A stretch of 64,000 bases of DNA from an uncultured Bacteroidales bacterium (lineage in GTDB: Bacteria > Bacteroidota > Bacteroidia > Bacteroidales > UBA932), in contig CALUSC010000006.1 of NCBI GenBank assembly GCA_944323345.1, forward strand, positions 17,539 to 81,538, read 5' to 3'. The notes under the pieces were generated by a model. That model saw only the letters and a list, made by a program, of their open reading frames with translations. It searched no databases and was not told where the DNA came from. The first letter of the stretch is position 1, and every line of letters starts with the position of its first letter. Below are positions 9,009 to 19,477 of the stretch, one piece after another. The position numbers and the translations under genes were made by a program.

Positions 9009-11741
9009 TCAGTTGTTTTTCCGGCATTTAACCATATATTCCGTCGGAGTCATGTTATACAGAGCCTTGAAACACTTCGCGAAATATGCCGGTGACGAGA
9101 ACCCCGTTTCATAGGCTACTTCACTGACAGTCTTGTGCTCCGAGGCGAGCAGAGCCAGCGACTTTTTCAGTCTGTAGTTTCTCAGCATATCCGAAGGTGT
9201 CATGTCGAAAATATTCGAAATCTTGCGGTAAAGGGAAATCCTGGATATCCCCAGTTTCCCGCTCATGGCTTCGATTTTGAAGTCGCTGTCACGATATTCT
9301 TCTTCAAGTGCATTGAAAAATTTCTCTTTGAATTGTTCGTCCGGACAAGGAAGCTCGGTCACATCCTGTATCATCATGAGAGAAAATCTTTTCGAAAATG
9401 CCCCAGCCATTTTCCTGCGTTCTTCGAGAATCCGTATCAGTTTCAGCTTCAGTATGTTCATGTCGAAAGGCTTGCTGATATACTCGTCGGCCCCTTCTGC
9501 CAGGCCGTAAAGTTTGTGGCTGTTTTCCGAAAGTGCCGACAGCAGAACTACCGGTATATGGCAGGTGGACAGATCCGATTTTATATGTTCGCATAGCTGG
9601 AACCCGTTCAGTGCAGGCATGAGAACATCGCTGAGCAGGAGAGATATCTGTTCTTCCCTGGCTGCTTTCAGCGCATCGAACCCGTTTGACACCGGTATGA
9701 CGTTGAAATTCTCGGACAATTCTTTGCCGAGATACTCTAAAATGTCGGGGTCATCCTCGGCAACCACTATCGTATAGTCATATTTTCCGTGTATAAGGTC
9801 ATTTACTTTACTCTGGTCCGAAATATCGGAATCCAGCGTATCGGTCCGTCTCTCCTCATAAGTCACTTCCTGGCCGAAGTGGTCCTTGCCCTTGAGCAGT
9901 TCGACCCTGAATACGGTATATCTTCCCGGTTCGCTGTTTACGGTAATGCTTCCGTGATGCATTTCCACATATTCTTTCGTCAGATGGAGCCCTATGCCGG
10001 TACTGTAGAGTTTGTCGGATTTGCTTGCCAGAGAATAGAACCTGTCGAATATGCGCGGCAGTTCCTCTTTCGCTATTCCTTTGCCGTTATCCTCAACTTC
10101 TACGATGACGGAAGAAATATTGTCGGTGACGGTCACCGTAATCATTCCGTATTTATAAGAATATTTGAAAGCATTGGAAAGCAGGTTTAGGAATACTTGC
10201 TCGATCTTGCCTTTGTCTATCCATAGTTTCTGGACTGGAATGTCGCTGTGGAATTTGCATACGATTTTTTCCGTTTCGGCATAAGCCTCAAAATAGTTGA
10301 GGATTTCCTGCAGGAATCTGACTATGTTCACCTCACTTACGGAAAGGGTCATCTTGTTGTTCTCTATTTTCCGGATATCGAGAATCTGGTTCACTATCTT
10401 GAGAAGGTGCCTGGCATTTCTTTGGACTATCCATATATCATGTCTGATATTCTGGTCTTTCTCTTTTTTCAGTATATTGTCCAGGGGATTGAGTATAAGG
10501 GTCAGGGGAGTCCTTATTTCATGTGTGATGTTGGTGAAGAGCTGAAGCCGGCTGGTGGTGATGTTCTCTATCTGGGCATGTCTTTCCATGAGGTTATGGG
10601 TCGCGATTTCCACTTCCTTGTTCTTTGCCGACAGTATCTTGTTCCTGCGTCTGAGCAGGATATTGAGTCTCAAGGCATACAGTCCGGCGAAGCCTACCGT
10701 TGCCGCCATGGCCACGACTGCCCAAAGTGAATATTTCAGGGTGGACAGACTGTCTCCGTATTCTCTTATCTTCTTTTCCTGTTTGTTTATCTGTTCCTGA
10801 TAGCTTAGTATCTGTTCCTGCTGTGCTTTCAGCGTATAGGCATTTGTCGAGTCGACGAATGCGGTAGGCAGGCTGTAAAGCTTTTCGACTTTCTGTCCGG
10901 AAAGTATCTTCATCGCGATTTCCATTACTTTATCCCCGCCGGTAGGATAAAGAAATGATGCGCATAGTCTTCCGTCCAGTACGGCATCTACCCCGACCAG
11001 GGCGTCGATTCCGACGAATTTGATACGTCTGGCACTCGCCGGATCTGCGGCATCGATGGCATTGTATGCGGAAAGCGCCATATCGTCATTGTGGGCGAAA
11101 ATGAGGTCGATGGAACTGTAATCGTCCAGTTTTCCGACTGCCTCCAGAGCTTTCTCCGGTTTCCAGTCGCCGCTGACTGTATGGATGGAATAAATCTCGC
11201 TGGCTTCTTCCGTGAAACCCCGGTGTCTTTCTTCCGCCGGAGAGGAACTCATGAGTCCGGTAATTTCGAGTATGGTCGATTCCGGGGCGAGAATAGTTCT
11301 GATGTATTGGCCGACATCCCGGCCGATTTTATAGTTGTCCGCGCAGATGCATGTAGTGTAATGGTCGGACATTATTTTCCTGTCCCAGATAATGGTGGGA
11401 ATCCCGGAGTCGAAGGCACTGACGGCTATCGGCGTTATCGGTTCGGATTCATTGGGCGATATGACGAGAAGGTCTACGTCCATGTCGATGAATTCCTGTA
11501 TCTGGCTGATCTGGGTAGGGGTGTCGTTGCGGGCGTTTTTGACTATAAGTTCAAGACCCGGATATTTGGCGGCCTCGGCGCGCATCTGTACCATCATTAT
11601 CTGCCGCCACAGATCGTCCGTGCATTGGGAAAAGCCTACTGTAAAATGGTCTTTCACATCCGGTGCGGAATCGTATCTGCACCCGGATGTGAAAACCATG
11701 CAAAGCAATAACAGAATACCTGTTATCCTGTCTTTTACCAT
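9009..11741 (-). CDS. Hybrid two-component sensor/regulator with periplasmic sugar-binding domain (BT1754-like architecture: PBP-TM-HisKA-HATPase-REC-AraC)
   Basis: VGFSQCTDDLWR, FAHNDDMA and GIDAL sugar-PBP motifs; THEIRTPLTL; NLLSNAFKY; GIGLHL; LLSDVLMP; AraC end GFSSPAYFAKCFK. Confidence 0.92.
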   Translation of the reverse strand: MVKDRITGILLLLCMVFTSGCRYDSAPDVKDHFTVGFSQCTDDLWRQIMMVQMRAEAAKYPGLELIVKNARNDTPTQISQIQEFIDMDVDLLVISPNESEPITPIAVSAFDSGIPTIIWDRKIMSDHYTTCICADNYKIGRDVGQYIRTILAPESTILEITGLMSSSPAEERHRGFTEEASEIYSIHTVSGDWKPEKALEAVGKLDDYSSIDLIFAHNDDMALSAYNAIDAADPASARRIKFVGIDALVGVDAVLDGRLCASFLYPTGGDKVMEIAMKILSGQKVEKLYSLPTAFVDSTNAYTLKAQQEQILSYQEQINKQEKKIREYGDSLSTLKYSLWAVVAMAATVGFAGLYALRLNILLRRRNKILSAKNKEVEIATHNLMERHAQIENITTSRLQLFTNITHEIRTPLTLILNPLDNILKKEKDQNIRHDIWIVQRNARHLLKIVNQILDIRKIENNKMTLSVSEVNIVRFLQEILNYFEAYAETEKIVCKFHSDIPVQKLWIDKGKIEQVFLNLLSNAFKYSYKYGMITVTVTDNISSVIVEVEDNGKGIAKEELPRIFDRFYSLASKSDKLYSTGIGLHLTKEYVEMHHGSITVNSEPGRYTVFRVELLKGKDHFGQEVTYEERRTDTLDSDISDQSKVNDLIHGKYDYTIVVAEDDPDILEYLGKELSENFNVIPVSNGFDALKAAREEQISLLLSDVLMPALNGFQLCEHIKSDLSTCHIPVVLLSALSENSHKLYGLAEGADEYISKPFDMNILKLKLIRILEERRKMAGAFSKRFSLMMIQDVTELPCPDEQFKEKFFNALEEEYRDSDFKIEAMSGKLGISRISLYRKISNIFDMTPSDMLRNYRLKKSLALLASEHKTVSEVAYETGFSSPAYFAKCFKALYNMTPTEYMVKCRKNN

Positions 11742-11746
11742 GTCGG

Positions 11747-13273
11747 TCAGAAATTTGAGACCAGAAGAATGATTTCTCCAGGGACTGATGACGGCAGTAC
11801 TGTCGGGGAGAACAGGTGTCCGTCATCGCTGTCGAGAGCGAGCAGCTTTTCACCTGACCAGTCGCCTTCAGGTGCGCCGGCATCGCGGAAGACCAGGCCG
11901 CCGGTAGTATTTGATCTGTAAATCATGACATACCTTTGCTGGCTGGCGAGATAGGTCACGCACATTTCGGATGCGGTCCCGTATGTGATGGCAGCTGCGG
12001 CGTCAGGATCGGAAGCGACCCATTCCGCTCCGTCCCAGTAGGTCCATTCGGAGGCATTGTTGATTTCCCCGTCTACAGGTATTCGGGCTACATATATCTG
12101 AGGAGTATTCCTGCCGGCATTCGAACCGAACATGTACAGATATCTGCTGTCCTGGTAAAATGCCGCCTGGACGAAATGTCCGATACCGCTCCATCTGGCT
12201 CTTCCCTCTCTCGTCCATGTCTTTCCTCCGTCCGATGATGAAAGCAGCCCTGAGAAATTTGCAGTCCAGGCCTGGTCGTTTTCAGGATCTGTTTCCTTCA
12301 GGGAATAGTAATGGATATACTGGACACCGTTCACAGTGACTCCTGCGGTAGGGACGCAGGCTGTCTCGCCGTCTCCAGACGGCGCCAGGACAGCTGCAAT
12401 GCCGTCTTCGGCTGAAACGAACTGAGCGAGATGGAATCCGTCGGAGAAATCCATGTCATTGGAGACTGCGTATGCGTTCGGATATACGGTGCCGTCGGAC
12501 TCCACATCAGACAGCGCTATGGAAATGAGATTGTCCGGCCCCTGCCATACTACGGCCTTGGCTGCTGAAGATATACCGGTGAAAGATGCGTTCAGGAAAT
12601 TCCCCGTTTCCGTACAAGTATCCGATTTCAGGGAAGTCTGTGTGGTCCCTTTAGGAACAAGCCTGAAATCATCGAATCTCAGCCATACTCCGGGATATCC
12701 CCAGCATCCGCCGAAAACATTGCCCTGGGTGTAGTCTCCGGAATTGAATTCCTTTGTGAAGAGAGTCCAGCTGTCTGGATTCCATTCAGGCACCTGGGCG
12801 TCATTGATCGGCCCGCCTTCAAGCCTTACTCCTGCAAACGCATTCATGCCTGCCCATGCCGCTTTTCCGTAGCATGTCATGGTATAGTCTTTCCCTTTCT
12901 TGAGAGCTATCGACTGCAGGCATCCGTCGATCCAGACACCGTCATTCGGATTGTCGAGCTGCATTGATACTTCTCCGCCGTGTGCATCATCGGATGCAAT
13001 GGCCTGGACAGGGTCTTTCGCAGCACCTTCAAAATACCAGAGAGAGTTGTAGTCGATTTTCTCTTCAGGAAAAAGCTCGAAACCGGGTTCGGATATCATA
13101 TTGAATTCATCCTGGGAGAAAGTCAGGCGGTAAACATTGATCCCGCTGATTTGGACGGGGTCGGGATTCAGTTTGATTTCATCAGTTCCGTCACCGTTGT
13201 CCAGTGACTTGTTGCATGCGGCAGCCGATGCCGCCAATGCGAAAAGAATCGCAATTTTTACAATTTCTTTCAT
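11747..13273 (-). CDS. Lipoprotein with CBM-like domain followed by degenerate DUF4185 (GH183-like) beta-propeller; probable surface glycan-binding protein
   Basis: Lipobox AAAC. Shares CVPTAGV, SSDGGKTW, YMFGS, SEMCVTY and FRDAGAPEGDWSGEK blocks with the neighbouring DUF4185 gene. Lacks that gene's TD and FGD motifs. Confidence 0.7.
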   Translation of the reverse strand: MKEIVKIAILFALAASAAACNKSLDNGDGTDEIKLNPDPVQISGINVYRLTFSQDEFNMISEPGFELFPEEKIDYNSLWYFEGAAKDPVQAIASDDAHGGEVSMQLDNPNDGVWIDGCLQSIALKKGKDYTMTCYGKAAWAGMNAFAGVRLEGGPINDAQVPEWNPDSWTLFTKEFNSGDYTQGNVFGGCWGYPGVWLRFDDFRLVPKGTTQTSLKSDTCTETGNFLNASFTGISSAAKAVVWQGPDNLISIALSDVESDGTVYPNAYAVSNDMDFSDGFHLAQFVSAEDGIAAVLAPSGDGETACVPTAGVTVNGVQYIHYYSLKETDPENDQAWTANFSGLLSSSDGGKTWTREGRARWSGIGHFVQAAFYQDSRYLYMFGSNAGRNTPQIYVARIPVDGEINNASEWTYWDGAEWVASDPDAAAAITYGTASEMCVTYLASQQRYVMIYRSNTTGGLVFRDAGAPEGDWSGEKLLALDSDDGHLFSPTVLPSSVPGEIILLVSNF

Positions 13274-13297
13274 AATAAAGGCAATTAGTATTATGTA

Positions 13298-14911
13298 TTA
13301 ATTATTGACAGGTTTAAGGCAGATGTCATCGATCAGCATCTTCATTTCCGGACCTCCCCAGACGCCGAAGAATACATCGGCCCGGGAATTGTCTCCGGAA
13401 TTGAAGGTCCTGGATATTTTCGACCATTCATCTCTCGGCAGAGCTTCGGTCACGTCATGAATCGTCCCGTCTGGGAGACGGACTCCGACATAAGCCCCTT
13501 CCGGGATATCCTTTTCCGGACGTATCCAGCATTCTACTGTGTAGTCCGTGTTTTTACGAAGCGTTACAGTCTGTGTGCAGGCATCTTTCCATACACCGTC
13601 TCCGGTATTCGAAAAGCTGCATGAGACTTTTCCGGAATGAGCTGTCCTTGAAGTCATCGCCGAAGCGTCGACTTTCCACATCGTTTTGTATTGGATGGCA
13701 TTGGACGTGTATTCTTCAAAACCTCCTTCAGAAACTATATTGACGCCGTTGTCATCCCATTCCAGATCGGCGTGCATGAGAAATATATTCCAGGTAGGCA
13801 CGGCATGGGACAGGACGAACCACAAGTCTTTTCCATCAGTAAACCACGGGTGGATGTAAGGGCCGTAAAGTGCGTTCCCGTCTTCGTACATTATTATTTT
13901 CTCTCCGGACCAGTCTCCTTCAGGCGACGGGGAGTCGCGATAAACGATGGCTCTCTGGTTCACTGACAAATACATCATGATGTACCTGTCATAAAGACTG
14001 TTATATGAAACAGTCATTTCGGAGACGGTGCCCTGCGCGACCGGAACAGCCTCTGTTTCATCCGGGCTCCAGTCTCCACCGGCCCAATATGAATAGGATG
14101 TTTTGTCCAGCATCTTGTCGCCGGGTACTTTTGCCAGATAGACATTCCCGTATCGGCCCGAACGGGTGCCGTACATATATACCGTATCATCCTTTTTATG
14201 GAAGGCTGCCTGTGCGAAATTGCTTTCAGCATCCCATTTGACTCCGGAGCGGGTCCATGTGAGGCCTCCGTCATCGCTATAGACCAGTTCGCTGTAGTTT
14301 ACCGACCAGTAATCATTGTCTCCGGTAGGAGTCCAGTCATGTATGCTCATGTAGCTGAGATATTGGCGGCCTCCGAAAGATACTCCGGCAGTAGGTATGC
14401 ATGTCACTTCATACATGGAACCGTCCGGGTATTGTCCGGTCTTGGCTCTTGAGACTATGATTTCCTTGACCTGGCCGCCATCCATGATCATGTCGGAATA
14501 ATACAGTCCGTCAGAGAGGTCCGTATCCGTGCTTACGGCTATTGCGTTGGATTTCCAGTTGCCGCCATAATGGTCGAAGTTGTCGCCGAATACGCAGAGC
14601 AGCCGTCCGTCTCCGGCATCCCACATGTTTCCATAATCGGTTCTGCCGATTCCGAATCTTGTATCGGTCCGGTTAGGATTCGGTATCGTTTCTCCGCTTT
14701 CCGATCTTCCTGTCACTCTCGCCACGAGAGTGACGTTTTCAGGAACCAGAGATCCTGTCGCCTCTTTTTCAGGTTCGGGATCAGGTTCTTCGGGTACAGG
14801 TTCCGTAACCGGAGGCTGTCCTGTGTCAGTCTCCGTCCCAGGCTGGATAGCCGTAGTGCAGGACAACGGCACCAGCGCAAAGGCAGTAAGCAGTGTTAAT
14901 ATTTTAAGCAT
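13298..14911 (-). CDS. DUF4185/GH183 family glycoside hydrolase lipoprotein with C-terminal CBM4/9-like domain
   Basis: Lipobox LSC; TDYGNMWD, VFGDNF, WKSN, IPTAGVS, SDDGGLTW, SEMTVSYN, YGPYIHPW. Start placed at 14911, 1 nt after the susD stop. Confidence 0.82.
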   Translation of the reverse strand: MLKILTLLTAFALVPLSCTTAIQPGTETDTGQPPVTEPVPEEPDPEPEKEATGSLVPENVTLVARVTGRSESGETIPNPNRTDTRFGIGRTDYGNMWDAGDGRLLCVFGDNFDHYGGNWKSNAIAVSTDTDLSDGLYYSDMIMDGGQVKEIIVSRAKTGQYPDGSMYEVTCIPTAGVSFGGRQYLSYMSIHDWTPTGDNDYWSVNYSELVYSDDGGLTWTRSGVKWDAESNFAQAAFHKKDDTVYMYGTRSGRYGNVYLAKVPGDKMLDKTSYSYWAGGDWSPDETEAVPVAQGTVSEMTVSYNSLYDRYIMMYLSVNQRAIVYRDSPSPEGDWSGEKIIMYEDGNALYGPYIHPWFTDGKDLWFVLSHAVPTWNIFLMHADLEWDDNGVNIVSEGGFEEYTSNAIQYKTMWKVDASAMTSRTAHSGKVSCSFSNTGDGVWKDACTQTVTLRKNTDYTVECWIRPEKDIPEGAYVGVRLPDGTIHDVTEALPRDEWSKISRTFNSGDNSRADVFFGVWGGPEMKMLIDDICLKPVNN

Positions 14912-14912
14912 A

Positions 14913-16514
14913 TCAATACGAATAACCGTCATTCTGACGAAGGTTTATATTGGACAACAGTTCCGCGGACGGAATCGGGAACAGTTCGAGATATCCTGAC
15001 TTTTTCGGAGAGTGGAATGTCCAGGTGCCGTTGACATACAGATCCCAGCGAATTAGCTGTTCCCGTCTCATGCCTTCGCCTGTAAATTCACGTCCGAGTT
15101 CTTTCAGAAATTCACCATACTTTACCTGTACTCCGTCCACTTCGGTCACGGCTTCCAGCCGGGCAGCCGGGATTTCCCTTACTTCCTGAGGCAGGGACTT
15201 GTCGAAACTGCGGTCCCTGATCTCGTTGACGATTTTTGCCGCCCCTGCGGCATCACCGTCACGCAGCAGGCATTCGGCCTTCATCATGAGGGTTTCCGCA
15301 AGTCTGAATACTACCCAGTCCTGGTCGGTCTCCCATTTCTGGCCGATTTTTATTTCGTATTTGCCGAACCGGTAGCCGTCGAATTCTTCCGCCGCGTTGA
15401 TGGACGCTATTTCATTGACATAATTGAAAGGTGTGACGCCGTCCGTGAAATACAGAGGCTCTTTCGTAATGTAGTCATATTGCTGTCCCATGCAATATGT
15501 CTCCCTGTAGCGGTTGTCGTTATAGTCATCCGGACTTTTCGCGTCGAATGTTTCATTCACGTATGAAGGGACGGCTCTCAGTCCGTTGTAACCGCCGGAG
15601 CCAGCATTGTATATCGGCTGGCAGGACCAGTGCTGGGTCTTGGCGTATATGCAGTGGAATATCGGGGAACCGGTAGTCTCGTCATACGGGACGGCAAATA
15701 TGATTTCCGGTGAACTTTCATTGTCGAGACTGAATATGTGGGAGAAGCTGTCATCCAGCTGGTATTTCCCCGAATTGATTATTTCATCGCACAGGATCAG
15801 TGTGCTGTCTCTCTTTTCGGCATATTTTTCTCCGAGCCATGCTTCCGCATTCAGATACACTTTCGCAAGCAACTGCTTCGCGGACCATTTGTTGAACCTG
15901 CTGTATCTGGCTTCTTCCGGAAGCAGGTCCATACTTTCCCTCAGTTCCTTCACGACGAAGTCGTAGACATCTTCACGGCTGCGTGTGGAAGGCAGATAGT
16001 CTTCAGGCAGGTCATACGTATCTATTATCGGCACATTGCCGAACAATGACAGCAGATAGTAATAATAAAACGCCCTCACTGTCCTTATTTCCGCAAGTGT
16101 CCCGGCATCTATCTCCACCCCGTTCTCTTCGAGCTGGAAAATAGCCCTGTTGCAGCATGTGGTTATGCCATACCACAAGTGACTCCAGCAATTGCTGAAA
16201 TGCGGGTCAGTCGGGAGCCATTCGTGGTTATCCAGACGAAGCCAGATACCGCCGTCGTACCATCCTCCGTCGGTATTTGTCGGTATGACCCATGCGTCAG
16301 TCCCTAATTCGGTCAGGTCCCAAATGCTTCTGTCTTCATTGAACCATCGCATCTGGCCGTACATGGGAGTAAGGATATACGCGGAATTTTCTTCCGGATT
16401 CTCCATGATGGTGTTCAGGGTCATGTCGCTGTATATGACAGGATCCAGATCGGTACATGAATATGCCAGAGCGGAAATCGCCAGTATTGTTGTCAGTTTT
16501 GCCGTATGTTTCAT
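14913..16514 (-). CDS. susD: SusD/RagB family glycan-binding lipoprotein
   Basis: Lipobox AYSC; RAFYYYYLLSLFGNVPI, LLAKVYLN, FRLAETLMMKAEC, ELGREFTGEGMRREQLIRW, LRQNDGY. Confidence 0.93.
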   Translation of the reverse strand: MKHTAKLTTILAISALAYSCTDLDPVIYSDMTLNTIMENPEENSAYILTPMYGQMRWFNEDRSIWDLTELGTDAWVIPTNTDGGWYDGGIWLRLDNHEWLPTDPHFSNCWSHLWYGITTCCNRAIFQLEENGVEIDAGTLAEIRTVRAFYYYYLLSLFGNVPIIDTYDLPEDYLPSTRSREDVYDFVVKELRESMDLLPEEARYSRFNKWSAKQLLAKVYLNAEAWLGEKYAEKRDSTLILCDEIINSGKYQLDDSFSHIFSLDNESSPEIIFAVPYDETTGSPIFHCIYAKTQHWSCQPIYNAGSGGYNGLRAVPSYVNETFDAKSPDDYNDNRYRETYCMGQQYDYITKEPLYFTDGVTPFNYVNEIASINAAEEFDGYRFGKYEIKIGQKWETDQDWVVFRLAETLMMKAECLLRDGDAAGAAKIVNEIRDRSFDKSLPQEVREIPAARLEAVTEVDGVQVKYGEFLKELGREFTGEGMRREQLIRWDLYVNGTWTFHSPKKSGYLELFPIPSAELLSNINLRQNDGYSY

Positions 16515-16524
16515 GGTATGTTCC

Positions 16525-19455
16525 TTAGAATTTGAATGATAGCCCCATAACATAAGTTCTCAGATTCGGGTACTTTTCTACCGGATCCACTCCGGGCGTC
16601 AGCCCTGTAACCGATACTTCCGGATCGATTCCGGAGTATCCTGTCATAGTGAGAAGATTCATCCCGGAGAAAAAGATTCTTATATTCCTTATGACATTGT
16701 TGACTTTCGTCAGGTCGAACGTGTATCCCAGAGTCACATTGTCAAGTTTTACATAATCTCCTTTCTCTATGTAATAGTCGGAATATATTGCCGAAGCGAA
16801 GTTGTAATAGTCTCCTATTTTCCTGTATGCCGCTTTAGGGACGTTGTAGCTCGAAAGCCATGCGAGAGTCTCGTATTTCATGCGGTAAGCGTTGAGTATG
16901 TCGAATCCGAAAGCTCCGCGGAACGATACGGTCGCATCCAGCCCCTTCCATTGCAGGTTGAACTGCAATGCCGAGAACATTTTCGGAATCCCATTCCCGA
17001 TGACTGTCTTGTGGTCTTCGCTCGGATCGGCATTTTCCGCCCCTATGACGTTCCATGCAGTGCTGTTTTTCAGACCGTTGACCTTCCATCCATAGAAATT
17101 TCCGACAGCCCATCCCGCTTCGAGCCTGTGGGTATAAGTCTGCATCGGGGCACCGGTCGAACCGAGAGTCAGATAATCCATGGTATACCGGCTGTTCGAC
17201 AGCGAAACCAGTTCATTCGTATTGTATGAGAAATTCCCGCTTATGGAAAACGTCAGGTCTTTTTTTGCTATCGCAATTCCCGACAAGGCCACTTCTACTC
17301 CTGAATTGCGGATAGAACCCACATTGGCAAGTATCGTATTTGTAATATTCGGGGGAGTCGGGACATTGTAGGTGTACAGAAGATCATCCGTAAACCTTTC
17401 ATAATAATCGACGCTGCCCGAAAGCCTGCCGTCGAAGAACCCGAAATCGAGACCAATGTTCAGCTCCTGCTTCCTTTCCCATTTAAGGTCATCGTTAGGA
17501 TTGTTGGCAGGTATTATCGCATTTATCCATTCCCCGTTGTCATATCCCATATATGAAGAATTGAAGTTATACAGCGATATATACTGGTATGCCGCAGACG
17601 GGGCCGTTCCGGTCACGCCGTATCCCGTCCTCAGTTTAAGGTCCGAAAGCCATTTCACATCCTGCATGAATTTTTCCTGCTTGATCCTCCATCCTGCACT
17701 GACGGCCGGAAACATACCCCATCTGTTGTTCCGTCCGAACTTGTCGCTTCCTTCTCTCCTGAGGCTGACCATGAGCAGATAGCGGTTGTCATAATTGTAA
17801 TTTATCCTGCCGTAGAAACCTATCAGCTTTACCTGATATTTGTAGCTTGTAAGTTTGGACGTTCCGTCCAATGTAGAATTGGCGGACCCGATATTCCACG
17901 CTCCGAAACCATCGATCGGAAAATCGTAGCCGTACATCTCGGAGTTCTGGTGTTCGTATTTGTTGTAACTGTATCCTATGGTGGCGGAGAGAGAATGTCT
18001 GCCCAGCTGTTTCGAGTAATCGGCCTGCAGTTCGAGTGTCTTGTCGACTCCGTGGCCGTTGGTCAGTCTGGCCTGGCCTTTTGTGCTGCCCATAACGGCT
18101 GAATAGTGCTTGTGCGTAGTGCTGTATTCCCTTGAATTGAAATCACCCAGATAATTTACCGTGGCGCTGAGGATAAGGTTTTTCACAGGCTCTACCTCTA
18201 TTTTCCCTGACATCATGAGCTGGTTGTATTTGTTGATATCGCTCGCTTCCTTGAGAACTCCGACAGGGTTGGCGCCGTTGCTGTTTTCATACCACGATCC
18301 GTCCTCGTTATATACAGGTATCGTAGGATTTCTGCTCAGAGCCTGCATGTAGAGGTCATTCGGGACAAAACCCTGGGTGTCGAACTTGTCGCTCATGTTC
18401 AATATTATTCTCAGCCTGTCATTGAACATGGAATGGTTCAGGTTTATCTTGGCTGAAACATATTCGTCGAACGAGCCGGGAAAAACGCCGTTCCTGTCAT
18501 TATATGTCAGGGATGCTATATAGTTTGTCCTGGACGAACCGCCTTGGATCGACAGGTAGTGAGTCTGGCTCACAGGCGTTCTCGTCACTTCCTTTACCCA
18601 GTCGGTATCCGCTCCGAAGTCGTTTATAAGTTCGAAGCGTTCGTCTGTTGAAGACAATTCGGCCCTGAATCTTCTCAATTCGGCCGCATCGGGGTAGTTG
18701 CCGGTTTCGTCTATCATTTTGTCGATGGTGACATAACCTTTATAATCTATCGAGACTCTTCCGGATTCGGGTTTTTTCGTATTGATGATTATGACGCCGT
18801 TCGTCCCTCTTGTCCCGTAAATGGCTGCGGCAGATCCGTCCTTCAGCACATTTATGGATTCTATGTCTTCCGGCGAAACGGAATTCAGGGAGCATCCTGC
18901 CACTCCGTCTATGACGATCAGCGGATCCGAAGATGCGGCCAGAGTGGAAATCCCTCTTAATGAAATGCTTATGTCTCCAGTAGGGTTTCCGGAGGTCCTG
19001 GATATGCCCAGACCGGCCACTTTACCCTGAAGAAGCTGAAGAGGGTTCGAGACACTGCCCTGTATGAAATCCTCGGACCCCACTCTTGCTATGGAACTGG
19101 TTATTTCTTCTTTTTTCACGCTGCCGTACCCTATCGCCACCACTTCTTCGAGATACTCTGTTTCGATTTCAAGAACAAAATCTATTATACCGGTCCCGGA
19201 GCATCTTTTTTCAGCGGTCTGCATCCCTATCATCGAGCATATCAGGACAGAATTGTCGGGCACCGACAGTTGATAAGTCCCGTTTTCATCGGTGGAAGTG
19301 CCGATGGCGGTATCTTTTATGAACACGGCGGCTCCGGCCAGCGGCATACCGTCGGTATCCGAAACTTTTCCGCTGATCTGCACGGTGTTCTGGGCTGCCG
19401 CGTCTGCTATAAATGCAAGTGACAGTATCGTCACCAGAATAATGGTCTTTTTCAT
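16525..19455 (-). CDS. susC: SusC/RagA TonB-dependent transporter
   Basis: ISGKVSD...GTSTDENG, EVVAIGYG, VLKDGSAAAIYGTRGTNGVIII, LKWERK, C-terminal aromatic SFKF. Confidence 0.96.
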   Translation of the reverse strand: MKKTIILVTILSLAFIADAAAQNTVQISGKVSDTDGMPLAGAAVFIKDTAIGTSTDENGTYQLSVPDNSVLICSMIGMQTAEKRCSGTGIIDFVLEIETEYLEEVVAIGYGSVKKEEITSSIARVGSEDFIQGSVSNPLQLLQGKVAGLGISRTSGNPTGDISISLRGISTLAASSDPLIVIDGVAGCSLNSVSPEDIESINVLKDGSAAAIYGTRGTNGVIIINTKKPESGRVSIDYKGYVTIDKMIDETGNYPDAAELRRFRAELSSTDERFELINDFGADTDWVKEVTRTPVSQTHYLSIQGGSSRTNYIASLTYNDRNGVFPGSFDEYVSAKINLNHSMFNDRLRIILNMSDKFDTQGFVPNDLYMQALSRNPTIPVYNEDGSWYENSNGANPVGVLKEASDINKYNQLMMSGKIEVEPVKNLILSATVNYLGDFNSREYSTTHKHYSAVMGSTKGQARLTNGHGVDKTLELQADYSKQLGRHSLSATIGYSYNKYEHQNSEMYGYDFPIDGFGAWNIGSANSTLDGTSKLTSYKYQVKLIGFYGRINYNYDNRYLLMVSLRREGSDKFGRNNRWGMFPAVSAGWRIKQEKFMQDVKWLSDLKLRTGYGVTGTAPSAAYQYISLYNFNSSYMGYDNGEWINAIIPANNPNDDLKWERKQELNIGLDFGFFDGRLSGSVDYYERFTDDLLYTYNVPTPPNITNTILANVGSIRNSGVEVALSGIAIAKKDLTFSISGNFSYNTNELVSLSNSRYTMDYLTLGSTGAPMQTYTHRLEAGWAVGNFYGWKVNGLKNSTAWNVIGAENADPSEDHKTVIGNGIPKMFSALQFNLQWKGLDATVSFRGAFGFDILNAYRMKYETLAWLSSYNVPKAAYRKIGDYYNFASAIYSDYYIEKGDYVKLDNVTLGYTFDLTKVNNVIRNIRIFFSGMNLLTMTGYSGIDPEVSVTGLTPGVDPVEKYPNLRTYVMGLSFKF

Positions 19456-19477
19456 GTTATAAGAGTTTTAGTTCCGG

